64,000 bases of DNA from Terriglobia bacterium (GTDB lineage Bacteria; Acidobacteriota; Terriglobia; Bryobacterales; Bryobacteraceae), in contig CAVYHD010000022.1 of the NCBI GenBank assembly GCA_963768075.1, positions 45,802 through 109,801 of the forward strand, read 5' to 3'. Positions 53,513-61,823 of this stretch are shown piece by piece; the stretch's first letter is position 1; the number at the start of each line of letters is the position of its first letter. Both the position numbers and the translations under genes were made by a program. The notes under the pieces were generated by a model. That model did no database searches, was not told the DNA's origin, and was given only the letters and a program-made list of their open reading frames with translations.

Positions 53513-53970
53513 GACGACGTCCTCTTAATCTCGTGAATGGCGGCGACACTGAGAAAATTGGACTGTGTCGCGGGGTTATGATCCTGAGCCCCCAAGACCT
53601 CCTGGGCAAGTTCTGCCAGAGGAATGCGCCGTCTCCGGCTGGCGCCTCGCATGTACTCGTAGGCTTCTTGCTCGCTCAGCCCCCGCTCGACCTGGAGAAC
53701 ACCTTTGGCGCGCTCCACTAACTTTCTCGACGTGAGCCGCCCGTTCACGGTCTTGAGCTCTGCGTGTAGCCGCTCAATCTTTTTGACCGACCACGTCGCT
53801 AATCCGAACAGGCTCAGATTTTCCGCGAGCGCCTCGGGCACTCGATGATAAGGAGACGCTGGCGCCGCGAAGGCGAACACCACGGTGACCACACGCCGCC
53901 GAGCTCGCCAGGGAAACAGCAGAAAGGATCGGGAATCTGGCGAGATCGAATCACACAGAAGCTGAGCCAA
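53509..53970 (-). CDS. ANTAR-domain RNA-binding regulator, probably 5'-truncated
   Basis: '[48 protein letters not shown]' is a clear ANTAR domain. Only about 45 residues of a possible GAF end precede it. The frame closes 13 codons upstream of the TTG at 53970 (stop at about 54010-54012). Confidence 0.7.
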   Translation of the reverse strand: MAQLLCDSISPDSRSFLLFPWRARRRVVTVVFAFAAPASPYHRVPEALAENLSLFGLATWSVKKIERLHAELKTVNGRLTSRKLVERAKGVLQVERGLSEQEAYEYMRGASRRRRIPLAELAQEVLGAQDHNPATQSNFLSVAAIHEIKRTSS

Positions 53971-54750
53971 CGGGCTCCCGGACTCTACCGCTCCCGAAGT
54001 CTCACCAAATCAGCCGGGGCCACGCGCACCGCCGCTCTCGTCCGCCGGCGTATTGAGCGCGGCGGCGAACGGGTGTGGCGTCTTGAAGACTTTCGCGATC
54101 TGTCTTTCGAAGCTGTCGCGCAGGCGCTTTCACGCCTCGCACGCGACGGAACCCTTCAACGTCTGAGCAAAGGCGTTTACTATCGCACGCGCATGACTGC
54201 GTTCGGCAAGAGTCGTCCTAATCCTGCCACGATCCAGAAACTCGCATCCAAAAGTAAAGCGGTTTTCCCGGCAGGGATCGCCGCCGCCAATCTCTTGGGG
54301 TTCACAACGCAGACTACACAGCGCAACGAGGTGGCCACCAGCGCTCTCAGTCTACCGAGGAAGCTTGTCGGCAGCGAGACCGTCATCCACGCCCGCAGAC
54401 CGGAGACATGGGCGGGTCTCTCCCAGGAGGACGCAGCCATGCTCGACTTTCTGAGGCAAGCGGGGCGAACGAGCGAACTCTCTGCGCGCGACACCATCCG
54501 CCGAACGCTAACGCTTCTGTCAGACAAAGGCCGCTTCGAGCGTTTGCTTAGAGTCGCCGACTCGGAACCACCACGCGTGCGCGCTATCCTCGGAGCGATC
54601 GGCGACCAGCTCGGCAAAAATCAACCGGCGCTCAAGCATCTCCGAGAATCCCTGAATCCATTCTCGAAATTCGACTTTGGCGTCCTGTCAGGATTGCGCC
54701 ACGCAAGCAACTGGCAGGCCAGGGAGCCTCACGCGCATGAGACTGTTTGA
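53845..54750 (+). CDS. AbiEi-type antitoxin/regulator (DUF6088-like subtype); start uncertain
   Basis: wHTH '[26 protein letters not shown]'. The gene overlaps the following AbiEii gene by 14 nt. No ATG/GTG/TTG lies between 53845 and the conserved N-terminus near 53990, and the first 125 nt overlap the ANTAR ORF. Confidence 0.65.
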   Translation: MIRRRWRREGEHHGDHTPPSSPGKQQKGSGIWRDRITQKLSQRAPGLYRSRSLTKSAGATRTAALVRRRIERGGERVWRLEDFRDLSFEAVAQALSRLARDGTLQRLSKGVYYRTRMTAFGKSRPNPATIQKLASKSKAVFPAGIAAANLLGFTTQTTQRNEVATSALSLPRKLVGSETVIHARRPETWAGLSQEDAAMLDFLRQAGRTSELSARDTIRRTLTLLSDKGRFERLLRVADSEPPRVRAILGAIGDQLGKNQPALKHLRESLNPFSKFDFGVLSGLRHASNWQAREPHAHETV

Positions 54751-55756
54751 GCACCGCGATTTCGAGCAGGCGATTCTGGGGGCGGCGGAACACTTTCGCG
54801 ATCAGGGATTGCGGCCAGCGATCATCGAGAAAGACTACTACGTCACCGAAGCGCTGCGTGTTATCGCCGCCACCAGGCACAACAACAGCATCACCAACGA
54901 CAACAGCATCATCAACCGCAACATCGTCACCAACAGCAGCATCATCTTCAAGGGCGGCACCAGCTTATCCAAGGGATGGAACCTTATTCAAAGGTTTTCG
55001 GAGGACATCGACATCTTCCTTGACCCGCAGGCCTTTCAACCTCCTCTCGTGAAAAAGGGCCATCGACCGAGAACTTAAGAAACTTCGCGACACCGTCGGT
55101 GCGCACCCGGCGCTAAGGTTTGTCGAAGGGGAAAGTCAGACCATCGGCGGATTCGGGCGCAATGACCGGTTTGCCTACGAGCAGCGTTTCGGCGGTCCCG
55201 GCGAAGTCACGCCCCCGTGTGCTGCTCGAAGCCGGCACCGCCAGCGGACGTGAGCCTACGAGCGTCGTTGAGCTGCACTCGTACTTGGGACAGTTCTTAC
55301 GGGACAAGGGCCCGTCTCTTGGCGCAGAAGACGAAGGATCGTTTCCGATGCGCCTGCTCCACTTCCGGCGTACGTTTGTGGAGAAGATGTTCGCGATACA
55401 CAGCAAGGTGGAACTGCTCAAGCGCGATGGACAGCCACTCGGCTCTTACGCGCGTCATTACTACGACCTGTTTCAATTGGCTAGCGCACCGGGAAGTCAT
55501 CGCGATGCTGAACTCCGCCGAATACGCGGCTATCAAAGAGGACTACGACCGCATCAGCCGCGCTTATTTCCCCAAGAGCTATTTTCATCCCGACGAGATG
55601 AGCTTCTCCAAGAGCGACGCGCTATTTCCGCCCCCGGATTTGGCGGCGAGCATCGGTGCCGCGTATGAAGCCCAGTGCAGGATGCTTTGTTACGGTCCGC
55701 ACCCGTCATGGAACGACATTCAGGCCCGCTTTCTGCAACTTCGAGAGCTGCTGTAA
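54737..55756 (+). pseudogene. AbiEii/AbiGii-family nucleotidyltransferase toxin; 3 frame breaks and an internal repeat insertion
   Basis: '[25 protein letters not shown]' (NTase motif), 'LLEAGTASGREP', and 'RHYYDLFQLA'. Breaks lie near 55055 (A5G3 run), 55212 (C5 run) and 55485. Confidence 0.8.
54881..54946 (+). repeat. Imperfect 15-18-nt tandem repeat (AAC..AACAGCATCAYC x4) inside the AbiEii gene
   Basis: aacaacagcatcacc / aacgacaacagcatcatc / aaccgcaacatcgtcacc / aacagcagcatcatc, encoding '[22 protein letters not shown]'. It is A/C-rich, unlike the surrounding DNA. Confidence 0.6.
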
Positions 55757-55779
55757 GGCGACTTTCTTTGAAGCCTGAA

Positions 55780-55905
55780 CCCCCTTTCCCGTTTCCCCCA
55801 GGGCAAGCCGGGGCGGGCGGGTTCCCCCCACGCCGCCGAAACAGCGGCTCCCCCCACAAGAGGGATTTCAAACCACTCGGCTGAAATCCCCCTTCCGCAT
55901 CCCCC
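55780..55905. other. Non-coding C-tract region (six C5-C6 runs) with an embedded 9-bp-stem hairpin at 55862-55890
   Basis: C runs at 55780, 55795, 55824, 55850, 55888 and 55901. A G-rich block 'GGGGCGGGCGGG' lies at 55810-55821. The hairpin is GGGATTTCA-11 nt-TGAAATCCC. No credible ORF on either strand. Confidence 0.4.
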
Positions 55906-56231
55906 TGGTTGGCCCTCGAAGATTCGCCTGTCCAGCTCCAGGAGCGGGGAAGACGGGTGCCTGCGCGGGTCGTACCTAGTGTGCCTGGGAACATGCGACG
56001 AGATCGTATCTGTCTGTCGGCTCAGCACATTGGTCCCCTTCGTTTCACCCATTTTTTTTCGCTACGATTCAATTTCCAAGAGCAAGCCGATGGAGCCGAC
56101 GTATTTTGGGCACGTACTAGAAACGAATCCCGCACGCGAGCGCTCAGAGGCCCTCGGCGAGACTTGCTGGGCCTATCCCTCAACGCCAGATAGTGCTAGC
56201 CATCCGGGGTCCATACAATGGGAGAGCGCCA

Positions 56232-57166
56232 GTGCCCCTGATGGCCGACCGAATGCCGAAACTTCCGATTGCAATCGGCAGCTACGCTGAACAGAAGCGC
56301 TTCATCGAGCGAAACGATAGCTTTCTGCGCGAGTACCCTCGGCTCAATGACTTGTGCAAGAAAATATTTCTACGTGCTCTTAAAGGCCCGGACCGGCGAG
56401 AAGTCGAGAGGCTTCGCAAGCTTCCCGAGGCCGACCCGGCAGCCATTGCCTTCGAGGACAAGATGACGGCAGACCGTATCATCTTCTACCTGGGTAGAAT
56501 GGCCGTCGATGACTTTGGCGAGATCCTTACTCTCGCAGGAAACGGCCGCGGATTCGGTGCCTACAAGATCGTGCGGGGCATGTACGAGCGTATTGTTACG
56601 GCGCTCTACATGGAGAAGAATCCCGCCGAAGCGCGCAGCTTCGCCGAATCGTCCGCGATTATGAAGCTGAACTACCTGAAGCGCACGTTCGAGGCGAGCC
56701 CCGAATCAGGAACCGGTTCAGCGACAAGTTCATGGCGACGATTGAGCGTAATGCGGCAGCGGCGCAGGCCAAACGGAAACAATCGATATGCTCTAAATGC
56801 CGCCAGCCCATCACGCAGGAGGCGTGGACTCGGGTGAGCCTCGATGTGATGGCAAAAACCGTCGAGCCCGCGCTGGAAGTCTTCTACCCGCAGTTTTACC
56901 TTGAGGGAACCGCGCAGTCACACGCCAACATGTTCGGTGTCGAGCGTCGTCTGATCCGAAAAAAAAGCGGGGGAGTCACCTACAAGGAAACCTCTGAAGC
57001 GGAGGCGCGCTTCGCCGTGCATCTCGGTCATCACCTCATCGTCAGGTTGCTCGCAATGCAGAACCGGTATTTCGCTCTCGGCCTCGACGACGAAGTCCAA
57101 GAGCGCATTGATGCTTTTGTTGGGGTATGGAGGACCGGCCCGGCTAACCCGCCGCAATCCGAGTAG
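56232..57166 (+). pseudogene. Hypothetical helical protein (possibly DUF5677/AbiV-like; uncertain); one frame break near 56705
   Basis: GGGAGA RBS followed by a GTG at 56232 (or the ATG at 56241). 'GNGRGFGAYKIVRGMYERIVTALYMEKNPAEARSFAE' continues in the second frame as 'IRNRFSDKFMATIERNAAAAQAKRKQSICSKCRQ...'. An A8 run lies at about 56961-56968. Confidence 0.5.
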
Positions 57167-57444
57167 GCCGTCAAAAAGAGGCACGGTGCTTCGCGCCGAC
57201 TGAAGGGGTGACACGCCACCCCAGAATGGGTTGCTCAGTCTCACGGGAATCGAAACCGTTGCGCGGTGTCTGAACGCATCCGATCTTCTCGTATCTATTT
57301 GATTCTATTTACAGGGGCACCGATCCATTTGGCCATAATCGCTACGGGAATTCTCCGCGTGCGAGCAATGTGTGAGCAAAGCCCGAACGGGTTCGTCAAA
57401 TGGTCTGGCTGCCATCCTGGACGGGATCAATCGAAGATGGACGT

Positions 57445-59025
57445 ATGATAATCACGCAGGAGATCTTCGAAGCATTTCTGCACTGTCCGACCAAGTCGTA
57501 CTTGTCCTCCCACTCCGGCGCTGGGGCCGCCACCGCGCTGGTCCGAGCGCGGCAGCAGTGGGAAGAACTCTTTCGGCACACTGGTTCTTCCACCGTGAGT
57601 ACCCGTGTCCCTGACAATCAGGTGTACGTGGGGACACCTATCGCAGAGGCCATCCGACAGCAGCAGTACCGCGTGATACTCGACTGCACGCTCCAGGCAT
57701 CGGACTTGCGCGCGCACACCCACGGTTTGGAACTCGTCCGATCGCCCGGGGCCAAAGGCCGGAGCGCCTACGCACCGTTCCGCTTCGTGTCGACGGAAAG
57801 GATCTCGACGGCTGACAAACTCCTGCTGGCGTTCGATGCTTTTGTGTTTTCGCAGACCTACGGCACCACGCGGCCGCGCCTCGGTAAAGTTATTCACGGC
57901 CGGGACTACTCGGCAACCACGGTGCCGCTAGCGCCGCTCTATGCCAAAGTTCAATCCGTCGTCACTGCTATTGCTTCTCAACATATCAGCGCCACGCCAC
58001 CGCCACTCGTGCTGAACAAGCATTGCGCCGAGTGCCAATATGCAGCCCGATGTCGAGAATTCGCGATAAAGGCGGACGATCTGAGCCTTCTCGCCAAGAT
58101 GAGCGAGAAGGACCGCCAAAAGTATCACGAGAAAGGCATTTTCACGGTCACCCAACTGTCGTTCACGTTCCGACCGCGGCGGCGCATTGGCGACCACAGA
58201 AAGCATGAGCACGCCTTGCAAGCCCTGGCCGTTCGAAAAAATCAGGTTCATGTCATCGGCCCACTCATATATGCTACGGCGGGCACCGCAGTCTATATCG
58301 ACGTCGAAGGCGATCCCGATCGTGATTTCTATTACTGCATCGGTCTTCGGTTTGAAGCCGACGGAGTGATTGTTCAGCGCTCGTACTGGGCCGATAGCCC
58401 CTCGGACGAAGTAATGATGTGGGCCGATTGCCTATCTGCGCTGGGCACGATCGATGACCCACGCCTGGTGCACTACGGAAGCTACGAGACTACGTTCCTT
58501 CGCCAAATGAGAAAGCGATACCCCAATGCCGAACGGGCCGCTCTGCTCGACCAGCTCATCGCGTCGGCCGTCAACCTGCTCTCAACGATCTACTCTCACG
58601 TGTACTTTCCCACGTATTCCAATGGCCTTAAAGACGTGGCGGGCCATCTCGGCTTTCGCTGGTCAGATGCCACGCCGTCGGGCCTGGTCGCTCTTGCTCG
58701 GCGTCGAGAGTGGGAATGCACGCGGGCGCCCGAGCTCAAACACATGCTAGTGACGTACAACGCGGAGGATTGTGCCGCTGCCCAAACAGTTGCCGAAACG
58801 CTCGCCGCACTCTCGCGATCCTCACCTACGTGTAACGGCAATATTGTGGACGTGATTAAGCTGAAGCGCGAATATCCCCAGCGGTTCGGGAAAATCGATT
58901 TCGCGCTCCCAGAGTTTCAACAGATTAATGATGCGGCTTACTGGGACCACCAGCGCGAGAAAGTGTACGTGCGTTCCAGCAAGCGCCTAGAAAAAACAGC
59001 GCGGAAGCTTCTGGAGAGAGTCTAA
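57445..59025 (+). CDS. RecB/Cas4-like nuclease + RNase-H-fold 3'-5' exonuclease (TM0106-family layout)
   Basis: The Cas4-type Cys pattern has an N-terminal 'FLHCP' plus 'KHCAECQYAARC' (C-x2-C-x5-C). The exonuclease motifs are 'AVYIDVEGDP' (ExoI), 'HYGSYETTFL' and 'TYNAEDC' (Y-x3-D). I could not pick out the PD-(D/E)xK catalytic residues confidently by eye. Confidence 0.8.
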   Translation: MIITQEIFEAFLHCPTKSYLSSHSGAGAATALVRARQQWEELFRHTGSSTVSTRVPDNQVYVGTPIAEAIRQQQYRVILDCTLQASDLRAHTHGLELVRSPGAKGRSAYAPFRFVSTERISTADKLLLAFDAFVFSQTYGTTRPRLGKVIHGRDYSATTVPLAPLYAKVQSVVTAIASQHISATPPPLVLNKHCAECQYAARCREFAIKADDLSLLAKMSEKDRQKYHEKGIFTVTQLSFTFRPRRRIGDHRKHEHALQALAVRKNQVHVIGPLIYATAGTAVYIDVEGDPDRDFYYCIGLRFEADGVIVQRSYWADSPSDEVMMWADCLSALGTIDDPRLVHYGSYETTFLRQMRKRYPNAERAALLDQLIASAVNLLSTIYSHVYFPTYSNGLKDVAGHLGFRWSDATPSGLVALARRREWECTRAPELKHMLVTYNAEDCAAAQTVAETLAALSRSSPTCNGNIVDVIKLKREYPQRFGKIDFALPEFQQINDAAYWDHQREKVYVRSSKRLEKTARKLLERV

Positions 59026-60217
59026 CGTTCCGGTAACGAAGGTCGTAGAGTGCGAGGAGCGACGGCCCCATCGCTGCGCTGAATGTGGTGCGACGACAAT
59101 CTATCGATGGGGGCGACTTAGCCGAGTCGTCTACGACCTCAAATTGTCCGGGGCTGGCATCAAACGGCTGGTTATACGGTATTCCTTCCCCCGTTACATC
59201 TGCTGGTGCTGCAAGACCACCTTTCATCAGTATGCAAGCCAAGCCAAGTACGGCAACACCCTCTGCGCCTATATCGTCTATCAAATCGTTGAACTGCAAC
59301 TGCCACAACACGCTGTGGCAAAGAGCATGTGTCAGTTATTCAACATCCCGACGTCTTCCGGCATGATCAATCATCGCAAAGCCGGCATGGCCGAGCGTTA
59401 CGAGAACACATACCAATGCATCCTCGAAAGGATTGCGGGCGGCACGCTTGTGCATGCGGATGAGACGCGGGCTACCGTCGCTGGAAAGGCGGCATACGTC
59501 TGGGTGTTTACAAGCCTGGAGGATGTGGCGTTCGTTTACAGTGAGAGTCGCGAGGGAAGCACCGCACAAAAGGTGCTGCAGCAGTTCCGCGGCGTGCTGG
59601 TTTCCGATTTCTACGCTGGCTACGATTCCATCGCCTGCGCGCAGCAAAAGTGCCTGATTCATTTGATGAGGGATATCAACGATGATCTCTTTAAGCAGCC
59701 GTTCAATGACGAGATGAAGGAGATCGGGAGGCGGTTCGCGGAGCTGCTGCGACCCATCATCGACTCCGTGGACCGCTTTGGCCTTAAGACTCGCTACCTG
59801 CGTAAGCACGGGCGAGCCGTTGAGCGGTTTTATCAGACGCTCTCAAGGCGGGAGTACCAAACCGAAGTGGTGGCTGGCTACGTACGGCGCTTCGAAAAGA
59901 ATCGGGACCGCTTGTTTACGTTCCTGGATCATGACGGCGTCCCCTGGAACAACAATAACGCCGAACACGCGATCAAGGCATTTGTGCGACTACGGAACAT
60001 CATCGGGGGCGCGAGCACGGCAAAGGGCCTGCGAGAGTACCTCGTCCTTCTGAGCATCAGTGAAACCTGCAAATGCAAGGGGGTTCGTTTTCTTGATTTC
60101 CTGTTGTCACAGGAGTCTGACGTGGACAAATTCGCCAGCCACGGGCGACTTCGGCGCGGGATTTCAGACGGCAAATCATTGGTTGGCCTCGCGGCCGGGA
60201 TGACACTGGCGGATTGA
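58991..60217 (+). mobile_element. IS66-family-type DDE transposase ORF (zinc finger + HTH + DDE) without its own start codon
   Basis: zf-IS66-like 'CAECGATTIYRW...RYSFPRYICWCCKTTF'. DDE residues lie in 'LVHADETRA', 'VLVSDFYAGY' and 'WNNNNAEHAIKAF', with 'QKCLIHLMRDI' between them. The frame opens at 58991 right after a TAG. The first ATG/GTG/TTG is TTG 59144, which would remove half of the zinc finger. No inverted repeats or tnpA/tnpB found. Confidence 0.8.
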
Positions 60218-60286
60218 TCGGCGCTGGAAGTGATCCTGCCCGGATTTGCGCGCCGCGCCACGCATTCTGCCGAAAAACAAGGCGTT

Positions 60287-60299
60287 TGATGTAACATCA
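60287..60299. promoter_or_regulatory. Palindrome TGATGT-a-ACATCA 22 nt upstream of the AbiEi start (candidate operator)
   Basis: Read directly. AbiEi proteins are known to autoregulate through inverted repeats in their promoter, but this one is short. Confidence 0.25.
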
Positions 60300-60320
60300 A
60301 GAAAGTTGTAGTATTGTGTT

Positions 60321-60932
60321 ATGGCCCAGTCTCACCGTGAAGCGTCGCGGCGGCTCTTTGAGTTCGCCGAGCAGCAGCAGGGCTTCTTCACCACGAAGCA
60401 GGCCAAGGCAGCCGGATTCGCCGAAAACACGCATCCCTATCATGTGCAGGTCGGGAACTGGATCCGCGAGCACCGCGGTATCTACCGGCTCGCTCTGTTT
60501 CCGACGGCTGATCGGCCCGACCTCGTCCTTTGGGCGCTGTGGTCGCGGAACCGGAACGAGGAAGTCGAGGGTGTATACAGCCACCACACGGCGCTCAGCC
60601 TCTACGATCTGTCGGATCTGAATCCGGCGAAGCTCCACATGACGGTTCCGACGGATTTCCGGCGCAACAGCGATATTCCCGGCATCCTCGTACTTCATTA
60701 TGCCGACCTGCCCGAGAGCGACGTACAGACGGCGCAGGGCTTCAAGTTTACTCGCCCTCTGCGGACGATTCTTGACCTGATCGAGGCTGGCACGGTCGAA
60801 CGGAACTTCATCCGCCAGGCGCTAAGGCAGGCTGTTGACCGTGGTCTGATCACTCGCCAACAGATTCGGAACGCGCGAATGAGCGGACCTGCGCGCAAGA
60901 TCGTTGAGGAAGTGCTGCGGCGAGCTGCATAA
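60321..60932 (+). CDS. AbiEi-family antitoxin / transcriptional regulator
   Basis: 'FFTTKQAKAAGF...HRGIYRL' N-terminal wHTH pattern. TAATG stop/start overlap with the next gene. Confidence 0.85.
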   Translation: MAQSHREASRRLFEFAEQQQGFFTTKQAKAAGFAENTHPYHVQVGNWIREHRGIYRLALFPTADRPDLVLWALWSRNRNEEVEGVYSHHTALSLYDLSDLNPAKLHMTVPTDFRRNSDIPGILVLHYADLPESDVQTAQGFKFTRPLRTILDLIEAGTVERNFIRQALRQAVDRGLITRQQIRNARMSGPARKIVEEVLRRAA

Positions 60933-61816
60933 TGCCGTCACCCAGGACATATTCGACGGCGGGGGCATTCCGAAGGGCGCTTGAAGAACGCCTGAAGAGG
61001 GCATCTCTGACTGATCAGATCGACCTCAATCGCCTCCGGCGGCAAGTATCATTCGACCGTCTGCTGGCAAGGCTGTTCCGTGAAGAACCAGCACCCTGGG
61101 TTTTGAAGGGCGGTTACGCGTTGGAGCTACGCTTCAAGGCTGCTCGATCAACGGTGGACATCGACCTGACGTTGCAGCGAGTGGTCGCCGCAACATCAGC
61201 GGGCGATGACACAAACCAGGTAGTACGGCAGATGCTGCAGAGTGTGGCTGACATCCCTCTCGGTGATTGGTTCGAGTATGCGATCGGACCGCCCGTCATG
61301 GATTTGACCGCCGCGCCTTACGGCGGTGCCCGCTATCCCGTCGAAGCTCGAATGGACGAACGGATCTTTGCCCGATTCCACCTGGACGCCGGCGTTGGTG
61401 ACGTGGTTATGCAGCCGCTGGAAACGATCGAGTGCCGGGACTGGCTGGGATTCGCCGGCATCGAATCGTCGCAGGTCCTGATGATCGCTCGCGAACAGCA
61501 GTTCGCCGAAAAGATTCATGCCTACACGCTCCCGCGGAACACTGCGAACAGCAGAGTGAAGGACTTGGTGGACCTGGCTCTCCTGATCGGATCGGGTGGG
61601 CTGGATAAACAGCGGATTCTGGACGCTTTGCGTCTGACCTTTGAGAGAAGAGGAACGCACGATTTGCCGACGGGTTTGGTTCCGCCGCCAGCGGATTGGC
61701 AGATCCCGTTTCAGGCCCTGGCGGAAGAATGCGGGCTCCCGACAGATGTCGCCGCGGTGTTTGCGGGGGTACAGGAGTTCCTCGAAGAAGTGCTGGCACA
61801 GCGCACGGAGCGGTGA
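60932..61816 (+). CDS. AbiEii/AbiGii-family nucleotidyltransferase toxin (intact)
   Basis: 'WVLKGGYALELRFKAARSTVDIDLTL' (NTase G-G...D-x-D) and 'SRVKDLVDLALL'. Confidence 0.85.
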   Translation: MPSPRTYSTAGAFRRALEERLKRASLTDQIDLNRLRRQVSFDRLLARLFREEPAPWVLKGGYALELRFKAARSTVDIDLTLQRVVAATSAGDDTNQVVRQMLQSVADIPLGDWFEYAIGPPVMDLTAAPYGGARYPVEARMDERIFARFHLDAGVGDVVMQPLETIECRDWLGFAGIESSQVLMIAREQQFAEKIHAYTLPRNTANSRVKDLVDLALLIGSGGLDKQRILDALRLTFERRGTHDLPTGLVPPPADWQIPFQALAEECGLPTDVAAVFAGVQEFLEEVLAQRTER

Positions 61817-61823
61817 ACGCCGT

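Noticed and set aside
55780-55905. Canonical G-quadruplex / i-motif interpretation of the C-tract array
   Set aside because: Most inter-tract loops are 12-36 nt, far beyond the 1-7 nt of canonical four-tract motifs. The region is kept as an unexplained structured region, not as a G4 call.
58987-58999. Classical -1 programmed frameshift heptamer (A AAA AAC)
   Set aside because: The zero-frame codons are CTA GAA AAA ACA, and the downstream frame is +1, not -1. The X XXY YYZ model therefore does not apply. Only +1 slippage, transcriptional slippage or an assembly indel remain, and given the many other indels the last is the most economical.
57167-60284. Imperfect direct repeats GCCGTCAAAAAGAGGC (57167-57182) and GCCGAAAAACAAGGCG (60269-60284) as target-site duplication flanking the nuclease-transposase pair
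   Set aside because: Only about 13 of 17 positions match, with gaps. IS66 elements make 8-bp duplications and have GTAA-type inverted ends, which I could not find. The match is probably chance.
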